In this document: piece by piece, positions 47,126-60,234 of the stretch
Layout of the letters: each line of letters starts with the position of its first letter
How positions within the stretch are numbered: position 1 is the stretch's first letter
Source of the DNA: Octopus sinensis
Lineage: Eukaryota
NCBI RefSeq assembly: GCF_006345805.1
Contig: NC_043004.1
Coordinates: 34,534,001 to 34,598,000, forward strand
Direction of reading: 5' to 3'
DNA: 64,000 nucleotides
The notes under the pieces: model-generated
What the model was told of the DNA's origin: nothing
Databases searched by the model: none
What the model saw: only the letters and a program-made list of their open reading frames with translations
Made by a program: the position numbers and the translations under genes

Positions 47126-49804
47126 GTAGGTATTTAAAATCTGACAGCTACTTTATGAGCACAATCCAGATCTGGCTAACCATATCTAATGATAGGGAAC
47201 ATTTAGAATTGTTTAAGATCAACAATTAAACTGCAACTCATTCGGTAGGTAAATCCTATTTAATACAATTTTACTGATTGCACATAACTGCTAGATGAAA
47301 GGACACTAGGAAATTTATCCAGCAGAAACATGTGTTGGAAGTGAATGTGAAGAAAATACTTTAATGACTATTGTATAAGTATAAATTCTCCTTTCTTCAT
47401 TACGACATCTTGATTATATACACACACACACATGCATGCACACACATTCATGCACGCACACACATTCACACAAACACACATGCATGTATAAGAGAATAAA
47501 TTATAAACATGCTGTTCAAAGGTATCGAATCATTTATAGTGTAATTATGCAGGAGAGAGAATGAAAATATATAAATATAGCAGGTGATTAGGCATAGTGG
47601 GATAGGTGTTCAAGAAAATTATATTCTAATGCTGTTGACAAGATTAAAGAAAATTTGAGAGGCCTTTCATGTTGATAAAATCTGGATAGGTAAGTAAATC
47701 CATGGGAAAACTGGTGAAAGTGTAAATCTTGCAAGGGATAGATAAGAAAGTGTAAGTAGATCTTTACAGCTGTTTCTAGGGTAGGTATACTTTAGAAGTA
47801 GATCTATGTATTTGATTACATATACATGAGGCAGATTAGTTCAGTTTACTGTATAGGAAGCAGCACAACAGAAATAATATGAGTGATTAAGCTCATCATC
47901 AGAAATGATGAGCTCAGTTGCTCAAAGCAAGACCAACTCTGACTAAACTAGAATTAAAAATCCAACTTATAGTCAAATTGTCTGCACTGTAAGTAATATT
48001 TACTGTGACTTTGTGCTAATTCAGGCCTCAAATTTACAGTGTGATCAGTCTTGAATTCTGCATAATCTATAACTCATCAATAAAGTTGGAAGTGATAGTC
48101 ACTCCTGCTAGTCTGCACACTGAGTTTTGTGAATTTCTAAATTAAAGAATGTAAATATTAGATCTTATTTTCCTTCAGTTACAGGGCAAACTTTAGGCCT
48201 TGTATGTTATAAGGTGCTATGTAAAAAGTACAGTACACTCTCTGAAGTGGTGAAATGTGTTAGGCTGTACCCTAAAACTCAACTAAAAAAACTTGCTCTT
48301 CTTCCTTCAGAATAATAGGGGTTTTCTATGATGGGAATTAGTTGCTATTTCTAGCACATCAAGTGACAGTGCAAAGGCTTTTCCATTGCTATGTGAATTT
48401 CATGTATTTGTGGAAGGCCTTAATTTTTCAATGTCTTTTGCCTAAGCTTTAAAATCATAGCCACAATGAATACAAAATCAAATGTCTGCCACTCCTACAG
48501 TAGCAGGCATTTCATTTTTACATGATTTTGGAGGGCAAAATCTAAAATATTTTTACATTTAAAATATAGCTGCTAAGAGAAAATTAAATGAAATATTTGC
48601 TATATAAACAGATTTAGGTATTACTCACCAAATTCCATTTAGACATGGAAATTCATCTTCGAAATGTTAATATTAAACTTATAAAAATTCTAATGGATGT
48701 TTGGTACTGGAAATGGGAAATTGCTGTATTATCATAGTTGTCAACACAAAATTTAATCACAGCATCTGTAATCCAACTCCTGTGTGTATGTGTGCATGGA
48801 TGTGTGCATGTGTATGTGTGCATATGTGTATGTCTGTGTATAATATACATACATAAATAAATAGACATGATACGCACACAGTCACATGTATGTATGTACG
48901 TATGTTTGCCCACAATTCTAATATGATATTCATCACCTAAAGTTCATATATGATAGTTGCATGCCAATTTTTCACTTTATATAAAAAGGGAAATATTTTT
49001 CTTGGTTGCAAAAGTGATTGTTTTCAATACAATTCAATCAAAGTATGAAGTCTATTAGTTTAAAGTTTGCTTTCGCTTCTTCTTTCTCTTTTCTTTTTGC
49101 TTCTTTCATTGAATATAAAGAGTTAAGTAATAAAATGTCAGAACTGGTGAATGTCTAGCAAAAAGAATGTTATTTTTACATTTGAAAGTTATAAGGAGCA
49201 ATAATAGAAAAGAAAAGAACACAGACAGAAGAAAATAGAAACAAAAACGATTTGACAAAAAGAAAAACAAAAAATGTCTTTTGAACAACAGAAATTGAAA
49301 ATGAGATAAAAGAAAAAAATAACAAGAAAAAAAAAGCCTGACTTGAAGTTAAGTTGGTGATAGAAAACAGAAAGAGTAAAAGAAAATTGGTTAAGAAGTG
49401 GGTCATGTCAGTTTATGTGGCAAAGAAAGTAAAAGATAAATGAATTTCAAGAGAGAACCTAGTCTGGGAATTGTTATATTGTCCAAACGCAAGAAGATTT
49501 TTGCTTAAGACAAGTTTGATTATGATTAAATTATATGGTAATTAACTTTATACTGTGACCCTGCCACACAAAGGAAACTCATCTTGCAGCTCAGAAGCAT
49601 AAAAAAGAACAAGAAAATGGGAAATACTAGTAAACTATTAGTTAAAACTTTGAGAAAAATCTGTTCTCTCTGGCAAAGATGAAATACGATTGAATATTTA
49701 TAACATGAGAAACTCAGAATTCACTCAACGTTGGTTTTAGTCAATTACATAAAACTGTCTGTACTGTCACTAGTACAGTACTGTGTGATGGATAAAACAC
49801 CTCC

Positions 49805-49853
<49 letters not shown>

Positions 49854-50296
49854 ATATATATTTGGTACTGTACTGGGTAATGCATAAAGTATCTGCTACT
49901 GTAAGAGATAATGGTTTCATTGAGACCCAATGGTGTCAGGTAATGCAGAATAAGTACTATAGACAGACCATAGTTAAGTTCCAGATTCGGTAATATTGCA
50001 AATAAAGGGTTCAACACTGGTTCTATATCAGCATGTGTATATACAAATTTTTTGCGTAATGAGATAAAAACTGAGGCTGTATAGATATTAGAGCATTTAT
50101 AGATAGAAGGGCTTACAACTGTTTCTAGGATATTAATTAATAATATCCCTTCATCGGAGATGGTGTGAGAGGAAAAATTAAGTCATAGTTAGTTTCGATG
50201 TGATACAAATAGAGAGTGAGGTGGAAGAAAGAAAATAGATGTAAGATATGTATGGTTATTGAATTCGTAAACAGTATCTGCTACTATATATATATA

Positions 50297-50342
<46 letters not shown>

Positions 50343-50576
50343 ACTAGTATTGGAGTGTGTAATAAATAAAAAGACCTGCTAATATATATATATCCTGGTG
50401 GCAGAACGAGCATGAAGAGATAAAGAGCAATGTGGGAATGAGTTTTCATTAAACAAACCTTGTATGTATGTATGCATGCATGCATGCATGTGTGTATGTA
50501 TGTATGTATGTATGTATGTATGTATGTATGTATGTATGTATGTATTGTATGTATGTATGTATGTATTGTATGTATG

Positions 50577-50610
<34 letters not shown>

Positions 50611-50644
50611 TGTATGTATGTATGGAGGTGTGTATGTATTGCAC

Positions 50645-50860
50645 CATGTAAAAAGCAGCCATTACGGGTGCCGCATACAAAACCCCCATGACACTCTGTA
50701 AAGTGGTTGGCCTTAGGAAGGGCATCCAGCAGTAGAAACAGATGACTGGGGCCTGGTGCAGCTCTCCAGCTTGCCAGCTCCTTCTTAAACCTTCCAACCC
50801 ATGCCTGCATGGAAAACGGACATTAAATGAGGTGAAGATGATGATGATGATGATGATGAA
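50645..50860 (+). mobile_element. RTE 3'UTR-type repeat
   Basis: GGTTGGCCTTAGGAAGGGCATCCAGC...CATGGAAAACGGACATTAAATGA..(GAT)n. Confidence 0.8.
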
Positions 50861-51074
50861 CATGCGAATTAAAAACTGAAGTTTATAGCATTTCAAAGTC
50901 TCTAAAATACTCCGATCATAAGACAGTCATGGCTGGTTGATCAGTTAAATCATTGGTTTACAAGCTGGAAGATCCACAATTTATGTATAAAGAATCTACA
51001 ACCAACACAGGTCTATTGTTTCATTATATACATCATTTGCCAATTAAATAAATATCACAGGCTGGTAGAGAACC

Positions 51075-51270
51075 TTTAATTGGTTTAAAAATTTAACACA
51101 AGGCCAGCAATTTTAGGGGAGGTGTAAGTCACATACACCAACCCTGATGTTCAACAGGTACTTATTTTATTGCTCCTGTAAGGATGACAGACAAAGCTGA
51201 CTTGAATGGAATTTGTATTCAGATCATAAAGATGGATGAAATAAGCATTTAGCCTGGCATGTTAAAGACT
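51075..51270 (-). mobile_element. Degenerate SINE family C
   Basis: ACAAGGCCAGCAATTT...GGTACTTATTTTATT...GGATGACAGACAAAGCTGAC. Confidence 0.6.
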
Positions 51271-53127
51271 CAGCAAGCTTACTGCTTTGTACAGAACCTT
51301 TATTTAATAGCAATTCAGTCAGACAGTACAAACATCCTATAATTGACAATATTTCATTATCCGGCAATACTGAGTTTTCTTCATCTTTGACCAAAATATA
51401 TTACAGGAAGATGATGTTTTCAGACATTGTCTAAGTGACCTTAATGGATCATGGATTGAAAACAATTATTATGATTGGATGCTTTCACATGACAATGCAC
51501 ACATGACACTGATATGTCAGAGTGGTTAATAAGGTTTGCAGCTTTGCTGTTCTTAGTTTTAATGCTGGTATTTAGTATTTTGATCCAATGTGTTCGACCA
51601 TAGATTTTATCCAAATTAGTAAATTATATTTTCTGGAGATTTCCGTTCCAAACCTTTTTCAATTCAAATCCATTGATAATATAATATCTTTCTCCTGTTT
51701 GCTTAATTCCTGATGACAAAATTGAGAGGTGGACAAGTTGGCAAGGAATCTTCTGTATGCAGTGGCTCGTATTCCTAGATGTAACAGTTGAATCTCTCTC
51801 ACATCACATCCTACTGTCATAAAAAAGGAAGGACATATTAGATGATGTAGTTCTTTAAAATCAGTTTGCATGATCACAATCCTATTGAAACAGGGCCTAG
51901 TAGTGGGATGGAACTATGGAACCATGGGTTGCTACACAACAACAACAGCATCAACAGTACAGAGTGATGAACAGATGACTCTAATATGTCCAATATTTAA
52001 TGAATACCAGTAATATACTGTGAAAAAATATGTTGACTATGTCCTTTTTTAAAACTAATGGCACTGTGCATTGTCAAAAAATAACAATTATTTTCCATTG
52101 CATGAAATATTTAATCAGCAAGAATCCTATAAATGACTCGTTTTTGCCTCAATGTTGCAAGAATTGATAATAGAAAATAATAGGAAAAAAAATTAACACA
52201 AAGGTAATGAAAATCATCATCAACATCATCATCATCATTATTATGATTATTATTATTATCTTTTTTTATCATCATACATGATTGGTTTGAATGTTTAATA
52301 ACAAAAGCAGCTGTAAACACTTTGGTAAAATATAATTGTCAGTTAAAATACTAGATGTTGTTGCCTTGACAGTCATCTCTGATAATCAGAGCCATCGTGG
52401 CAAGGGAAATCATTGCGATATTTCTGGATATGACTTTTTGTTTATTACCCGATAATATTTTAGAATTAAACCATCCATTTTTAAATGATATTTTTATTCC
52501 TTTAAATGACTCGACAATCTGCAGGATGTCAGTGTCGTGGTGGTGTGTTGCTATGCAAACAAGGATGTCAGATGCGTACTGCTGCCATAAATATGACACT
52601 GACAATTGCTACGAATTTATGATTCCTCAATGGGATACAATCTAATATCATCGTAAAACTGTAGATGTCTCCTAAGTCCTAATGAGCTTTTAACAGCTCG
52701 TGTTTAGCACAAACCTCTTGACAAAAGGAGATGGATTAAGATTCAGCAGGATTCTAAATGATTTCATGTTACAGTTCCAAATCAAATGGCACCTTTTCCT
52801 CACAGACAGGTAAACTGCTTAAAATTAAAAACTAATTTTAGAAAAGAACTCCATGAATTAACTTGAAATTATCTTTTTTTTTTTGTGTTAATTTTGGATA
52901 TCAGAGAAAGTTTTTGCAGACAAAAAGAGGCATAAAAGACATCACAAAATTTTGGATTCTTCCACCTTTCTCTAGTTTTCCTTTATTAGTTACACAAATA
53001 GTAAATTCTTTTAAGACTTATGACCTCCTCTCTAAGTTTTTATTGATAATGTAAAAATGTAGCTAGGTTAATTGTGGGGTTATGTATATATGTATGTATG
53101 TATGTATATATATGTATATATGTATGC

Positions 53128-53398
53128 ATCATCATCATCACCGTTTAACATCCACTTTCCATGCTAGCATGGGTTGAACGATTTTGACTGAGGGCTGGTG
53201 AACCAGATGGCTGCACCAAGCTCCAGTCTTGATCTGACAGAGTTTCTACAGCTGGATGCCCTTCTAACGCCAGCCACTCCAAGAGTGTAGTGGGTGCTTT
53301 TTATGTGCTACCGGCATGGGGGCCAGTCAGGCGGCACTGGCAATGACCTCGCTTGAATCTTTTTACACATGCCACCGGCACAGGTGCCAGTAAGGCGA
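53128..53398 (-). mobile_element. RTE 3'UTR-type repeat
   Basis: (CAT)n CCGTTTAACATCCACTTTCCATGCTAGCATGGG. Confidence 0.8.
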
Positions 53399-53425
53399 TA
53401 TATTTACATATATATATATGTGTGA

Positions 53426-53456
<31 letters not shown>

Positions 53457-54348
53457 CTTTCTTCTAACTTGTGTTTCTTTCTTTCACTCTGTTGGGGTTG
53501 GAACAAGGAAGACATGTTCTTGTTTATCTCTTGTCCAAGCTTGATTTACGCGTTCGCCACCACAACCTAATTTAGGCTTAGCAGCCCTTCCTGTTTGTTT
53601 TCACTGTCCTCTGAACTCAACTATCAAAACACCTAACAAGAAAAAATAATATTGTATTCAGAATAGTACTGGTTACTTTGAAATAGCAAAAGCTGTTGTA
53701 GTACTTATAAAACATACAAAGGGAGAAGAGAGCAAGTTTATAGGATAAAGTCAGATGGGTCTCTGCACAATGTGGTCTATAATGATTGAGCGTGTGAGCA
53801 TGTACATGTGTGTATGTGTGTGTGTGTGTAATGGGAGCACTTCCCAGGAAAGAAAAGGAATTCTCCATTGTGTTTGCTATATGAGCCTTGGAGAGAGTTC
53901 CTAGCTGAGCAGAGCTGAAGAATATCTTGGTTTTGAACTGGTATACGAATATTTGAACTGAAAATTTTGTTATTTTATGCTTGTGAGATTGCTGAGAAAG
54001 ATTATCAGAGATGTGAGTTCACACAAACACACACATACACACACACACATACACACACACACATACACACACACACACATACACACACATATGTAGATGT
54101 ATGTACCTACTTAAATCTATTGTAATGGAGATCAATGGTAGATTGTTTACTTTACAAAAGTTCCATGTGATTCTTTAAAAAAACTTCTCAGCAACAAGTT
54201 TTTTTCAAAAAGTTTTCATTTCAGTTTTCTTCTGCACTCTCTATCTACACAGACAAATTTTCACACACACAAAAACTAACACACATATTTGTGTGCAGAC
54301 ATGAACACTGACACATGTATGTTATTCAGCTGTGTGCATACATTTGTC

Positions 54349-54380
<32 letters not shown>

Positions 54381-54569
54381 AAATATATTAGTGTGTGTGT
54401 ATATGTGCATATATATATATATATATACATACATTCATATATACACACATATACACACACATATACACACACAGATATATTTATATATATATATATATAT
54501 ATGCATATAAATATATATATTTGTTATTTGTGTGTGTAAGTGTATGTGCACACACATACACATGAACTT

Positions 54570-54601
<32 letters not shown>

Positions 54602-54974
54602 GTATGTATGTATGCATGTATATATATATTAATGGATATGTATGTGTGTGTAGATGTGTCTGTGTGCGTGTGTGTGTATAGATGTGTGCATGTGTGTGTG
54701 TAGATGTGTGCGTCTGTTGTTAAGCATTTATAGACAACACAAATCCTTTAAAAGAATTATCTTTGTTTTACATGTTATCGCTTGTCAAGAGTTAAAGGGT
54801 TTCATTTTTGTTGCTTTCTCGTATTTTTTGTTTTTTTTTATTGTTTCAGTAATTAAATCACCTGTCTGACATTTCATAACAGACAAATAAGAAGTGGTAG
54901 CAATTCTGTCTGAAATGAGATAAGGGAAGTAACTCAAATGGGCCAGTGTCATAAAATTTTGATAATTCAAATAA

Positions 54975-55235
54975 GTGGTGGTGACGTTGGTGGTGGTGAT
55001 GGTTAAGAAGTTTGCTTCACAATCACATGGTCTTGGGTTCAGTTCCACTACGTGGCAACCTGGGCAGGAGTCTTCTGGTAAAGCTTTCGGATGTATAGTG
55101 CCTTATGAATGCATTCGGTAGATGGAAACAGTGTTGAAGCCTGCCAAAAATTGAGTGTGTGTGTGTGTGTGCATCTTTGTGCTAGTCCCCTCGTCACTTG
55201 ATTGGCGATTGGTGTTGGTTTGTTTATGTTCCTCA
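54975..55235 (+). mobile_element. Degenerate SINE family A
   Basis: GGTTAAGAAGTTTGCTTCACAATCACATGG...GGGTTCAGTTCCACT...GGTAGATGGAAAC. Confidence 0.7.
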
Positions 55236-55389
55236 ACTTTGCCTGGTGTGTTAACAATTCTGCCAGCTCATCACCTTTGCCATATATTTTTATTTGATGA
55301 CAAAAACCATTAAATAGGTCAACGCGATAACCTTTTCATGCATCAGGCAGATTTTACCACAAATGTGGTCTTTGGTCTGTTCTATTTTT

Positions 55390-55751
55390 AGTAGTTGGTG
55401 CATTCTCAATCCCAAACCCAGCTTTTCAAGCTATACAATTAATAATTGAGGCGCAATTATTTATAATTGAAGAGTCCTACGCTGAGGAGAAAAATAGTTG
55501 GGTAAGACATAATTATTTAATTTTTATGCTTTCCTATGACTTAATTTCGAAACGTACGTCCATAGGTGACTTAATATAGAATGATTGTCGTCATTTCTTT
55601 CTCTTTTGCCTGCGTTGTTTGCCTTTTAAGTGCTGTGGTTTTACTGGGATCTCCCTTTTAAGTAGAAAGAATAGCCATAACTCTTTGACTGCTATTTCTA
55701 AATTCGGTGTGTGGTGAGGCAAATCGTTGCTAAACCCTTAATTACTTAGTA
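55390..55751 (+). mobile_element. Diverged solo copy of the 30-kb hammerhead unit (3' part)
   Basis: CTCTTTGACTGCTATTTCTAAATTCGGT.TGTGGT.AGGCAA.TCGTTGCTAAACCC...CTTAGTA is shared with the 30003 unit and ends in (TA)n. Confidence 0.85.
55476..55566 (+). ncRNA. Type I hammerhead ribozyme (solo copy)
   Basis: CCTACG-CTGAGGA-G...C-GAAA-CGTACGT-C-CATAGG. Core intact; one C.A mismatch in stem I. Confidence 0.75.
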
Positions 55752-56124
55752 TATATATATATGTATATATATATAAGGCAAATAAGAAAATGGAGAGGAT
55801 AAACAATCGACAAACATCAGTCTGTAAACATTCAATTATATTTATTTATTAATTGATTACAATCATATGTATAAGTAACCAAAATAAACAAATGGAATAA
55901 GCAAATAAATAAGTAAATAAGTAGATAAATAAAAATAAATAAGAATAAATGAGTGTGCAAATACTAAACTCTTACAGCCGTTTCTACGATGGGGTTGCTC
56001 AATCTTTCAAGTTTTCCACATTAAAGCCAGTGATTCACAGGGACCTCAAAAAGGTTGAGTAAACATTAATGAGTAAACATTAATATCCAGCAAGAATAAT
56101 GCACCATATAGGTAGAATTATAAA

Positions 56125-56403
56125 TATATAAATCAGGTGTTCATGAAGTATGATCATTGCTAGAAATAGCAGCCAGTAAGTTTACAGCACAATGTAGAAT
56201 TTCACCGAATATTTACAGGCAGAGATGTGTGCGGGCAGCAAATATAGGAAAATTCTGTCTTACCTCTATGGAGACCGTTAGAGGAATAAAGGATAACTCA
56301 AAACTGCAGTTTCAGATATTCAGTGAAGCTTTACATAGCACCATAAATTTACTGGCTGCTATTTCTAGCAATGATCATACTTCGTGCACACCTGCTTTAT
56401 ATA
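56125..56403. mobile_element. MITE-like fold-back with ~60-95-bp inverted arms in TA context
   Basis: CAGGTGTTCATGAAGTATGATCATTGCTAGAAATAGCAGCCAGTAA versus TTACTGGCTGCTATTTCTAGCAATGATCATACTTCGTGCACACCTG. The arms continue inward to TTCACCGAATAT/ATATTCAGTGAA. Confidence 0.8.
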
Positions 56404-58974
56404 TATATATATATATATGATGTTATCTTAAAAAGCAATAGTGAATAGCCCTTATTTCCAGCCCCTTTCTCCTTCCCTTGAAGCCTATCTATGAAAAATG
56501 TTCATTAACATCAGACATATTCTCCTTTCTAGCCACAGAGGCTGTATTTTGTTCCTTCTCTTCTTTTATTTTGCTTATATAGTTTAGAACTAATGTGATG
56601 TGGAATGTTTACACCAAATCTACATCTTCTCAACAATGAAGATCAATGGATGCTAAACTAGAATTCTTCTGTCAGGAATTCACTAATATCTTAATAGAAT
56701 CACAGTAAAATATTTTGGTAAATATTCTGGTAAAAGACAATTTGCTTTAATTTTCTGTAGTTTCTATTTGTTGTTTTTACCTGTTTGCCTTCATTTCCTC
56801 ATCATTATATTCTTTCAAGTAAACAACAACTAATACAGGGATAGTTTTCTCTGAGATGTAATGGGTGTCTACCACCTGTTTTATAGAGTTACTTAAAATA
56901 TCTCCAATGTTTGTTAATTCAACAAGAATATTTCCTTTCTCCAAGTAATGGCATCAGCCAGAAATATTTGTCATGTACTATAAGAATAGTTTTATATTTT
57001 TTATCTGCAGTGCAAGTAACAAATTTATAGTAGAATAATACAAGTCTTTTACTGTAGTGTCTCTCTCAGATACTGCTATAGAATCTATTAAATTGTTCTA
57101 TGACAGACAGTTTGTCAAGTAAAAATATAAGAACTGCTGCTGCACTGCCTACAGCTGTTCTCTCTTAAGATATATGCAGTGTCTCTAATGATGATTATAT
57201 GTCGAAAAAGTTTTAACAGTAACAAATAGTTTGTATATTGCTTGACGTGAAGGTGAAATGCAGAGAACCTTAGTAATTATAAGCAGCTTATCAGTTCATA
57301 AATAGATCTGTGGTAAAGTATAACAACGGTGATAGAAACTACTCGAAGCAATTAGCAGCATAGAAACTGCCAAATAATTGTTGAAAACACATGAATTATG
57401 TTTGGTTGAGCAGTCAGAAAAATTTCTTAGAATTCACAAGTTGAATTCCTCTTGGAAACAATATTCAACACCTCCTTACAGATGAATTGGTCTAGAAAAT
57501 CAACAATCGTTTCTAAATGAATCAATTGACCTCAATGAACAAGTTTCGTTTGCCACACTGCTATGGCTGTTATGGCAAACTGATGGAGTGCATCAAGCAG
57601 TTTCTGAAGGTCGATTGCTTGTGCAATATACCCAGCTGTTAGTTACACCAATAATACAAATCTACTGATCTTGACAGCTGAGAGGAGGAGGAGGAGGAGG
57701 AGGAGGAGAATTAAGTGGGAGATGAGAAAGACGAAATCTGTTCTTTTAAAAGAAAAATAGAAACGAAATGTATGAAATGCTCTTTGTGAATAGGAAAGAG
57801 AAAATGAAAGAAGCAAGTGAGCCAAAAGTTTCTGCCCACTGCTTTTACTTACAACAGAGTGCCATAGAAACAACCAATACAGAAGCAGCTGCTCTCTCTC
57901 TTACTCCCTCTCCATCTCTCTCCCTCTCTCTTGTGTATACATGCAAAAGATTCTGTTGCAATACAAATGTATCTTGTAAGAACATTTCCATATTGCTGTT
58001 GCAACCTAAATGGAATGATGACATATTAAAGACATTAAGAAAAAGATGAAGATCGATATTGGCATGGCCATTCTTGATACATTAAATTCTTAAATAGTTG
58101 CTGTTTTTGTTGTTGATGATCCTGCTGTTATTATTCAGTCTCAGGTGAGATCTGAATAACAAAAATTTACAATCAAAGAACTTCCAGCCATGAGAAATCC
58201 ACCTTTATTTAAGCTGGGGTATCTAGAACTACATTATGCAATGTGCTCCTCCTTTTTCAAGCTGGATGAGCATGGTTTAAGAGAGATTTAGCTGTTACTT
58301 CTTGCAATTCAAAAGGAGATAAAATTTAGAGGAAAACAGACTAAAACCATAAAAGAAAGGAAAATCTTATGGATGACCAGGTTAACATTTTTCCGGTTTC
58401 TTTTTTGTTTTTAATGCTGTGACACACAAACAAGTTGGACATCTATGTTTGGTCGCAATAAACTGATGTGTTTTGAGCATAAAGAAGGACATTTTATACT
58501 TCCAATTGATGAATTCTGAGCATTCTGAGGGGAAAATACTTGTTTTAATTTGCCTCAAATTTTCACTTACGTTCAGAGGAAAATATTGATACAAACATTT
58601 TTTAAGGTTTAGATTTAGTAAAATGAAATTATTAACTTAAGAAAAGGGAAAAAAAGATTGTCCCAGAATGCTCAAACTGCCCCTTAATGATGGATGGTGA
58701 AAAGGAAGTTCAAGTTTGCTTTGAAAACAGGTGGGGCTGCATTGGCATCAGAATATCGGCTTTTGTTTGGCGATAAGTGTTTGGTCTACTTGGAAGCTAC
58801 AATAAAGTAGCAAGGGATGAAGGTTCTTGTAATGGTAAAAACATAAATTGACTTCATATTCATTATGAGTTGGATTCTGTAGATAAACTGTAGATAAAAG
58901 ACTAAATGGATCAGCAGAAATAAATTATTATACTCTCCTTGGAGATTCGAACTTTCTTTCATTTATTTATATTA

Positions 58975-59053
58975 ATGTATGTGTAGTATATGTATGTATG
59001 TTTATATATATATGTATGCACATATGCATGTATTTACTACATATGTATGTATG

Positions 59054-59087
<34 letters not shown>

Positions 59088-59255
59088 TGTATGTATGTAT
59101 GTATGTGTGTATGTATGTATGTATGTATGTATGTATGTGTGTATGTATGTATGTATGTATGTATGTATGTATGTATGTATGTATGTATGTATGTTTGTAT
59201 ATATGTATGCACGTGTGCCAGTATGTACTACATATGTATGTATGTATGTATGTAT
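58975..59255. repeat. (TATG)n microsatellite
   Basis: Seen directly; similar tracts at 44930-45070, 45298-45420 and 50461-50640. Confidence 0.95.
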
Positions 59256-59960
59256 CATCATCATCATCATCATCGTTTAACGTCCGTTTTCCGTGCTAGC
59301 ATGGGTTGGACAGTTCGACCGGGGTCTGGGAAGCCAGGGGCTGCACCAGGCTCCAGTCTGATCTGGCAGTGTTTCTACAGCTGGATGCCCTTCCTAACGC
59401 CAACCACTCCGCGAGTGTAGTGGGTGCGTTTTATGTGCCACCGGCACAGGTGCCAGGGGAGTCTGGCATCGGCCACGATCAGTTGGTGCTTTTAATGTGC
59501 CACCAGCACGGAAGCCAGCCAAGGCGGCGCTGGCATCGGCCACATTCGGATGGTGCTTTTTATGTCCCACCGGCACAGAAGCCTGTCAAGGCAGCGCTGG
59601 CAACGGCCACGTTCGGATGGTGCTTTTTATGTGCCACCGGCACAGGTATCGCAACTACTATTTCCATTTATATTTGTTTCGATGTTCATGTACATGCACT
59701 TGACTCAACAGGTCTCCTCAAGCACAGCGAGATGTTCTAGGATCCAAGGTACTTTGAATGGGCAGGGGCTATGCGGAACTGGTGCCGGAAGCAGCCCAGG
59801 TCTTTGCAGTCACAGCACATCTCCAGAGATCTCGGTCCTTCGCCATTGCCTCAGTGAGGCCCAATGCTCTGAGGTCATGCTTGACTACCTCATCCCATAT
59901 CTTCCTGGGTCTACCTCTCCCCCTGATTCCTTCAACTGTTTGGGAGCGGCACTTCTTCAC
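59253..59960 (-). mobile_element. RTE LINE 3' end: ORF terminus plus complete 3'UTR with ~3.4 subrepeats and (TGA)n tail
   Basis: KKCRSQTVEGIRGRGRPRKIWDEVVKHDLRALGLTEAMAKDRDLWR is contiguous with the abundant TGA-tailed repeat. Subrepeats start at 59423, 59485, 59552 and 59619. Confidence 0.88.
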
Positions 59961-60198
59961 ACAATATGTATGTATGTATGTATGTATGTATCTATGTATG
60001 TATGTATGTATGAATGTATGTATGTATATAAATGTATGTATGTGGGTGTGTATGTCATTGTTCAGTTATATTTCAAGATTTCTTGCCAATAGAGAAAGAG
60101 TCGGTTACTAAACTAGATCCAAGGTTCCATCATTGGAATTTCAACATCAACAACAAGGTATTTTTGTATGTATGTATGTACGTATGCATGTATGTATG

Positions 60199-60234
<36 letters not shown>

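Noticed and set aside
51680-51830. YLSPVCL resembling the trypsin PICLP motif
   Set aside because: An isolated 5-residue match with no GWG or catalytic motifs, bounded by stops.
59423-59650. Regularly spaced repeats resembling a CRISPR array
   Set aside because: The inter-repeat segments are homologous to each other, and the block is part of a eukaryotic LINE 3'UTR. There are no cas genes.
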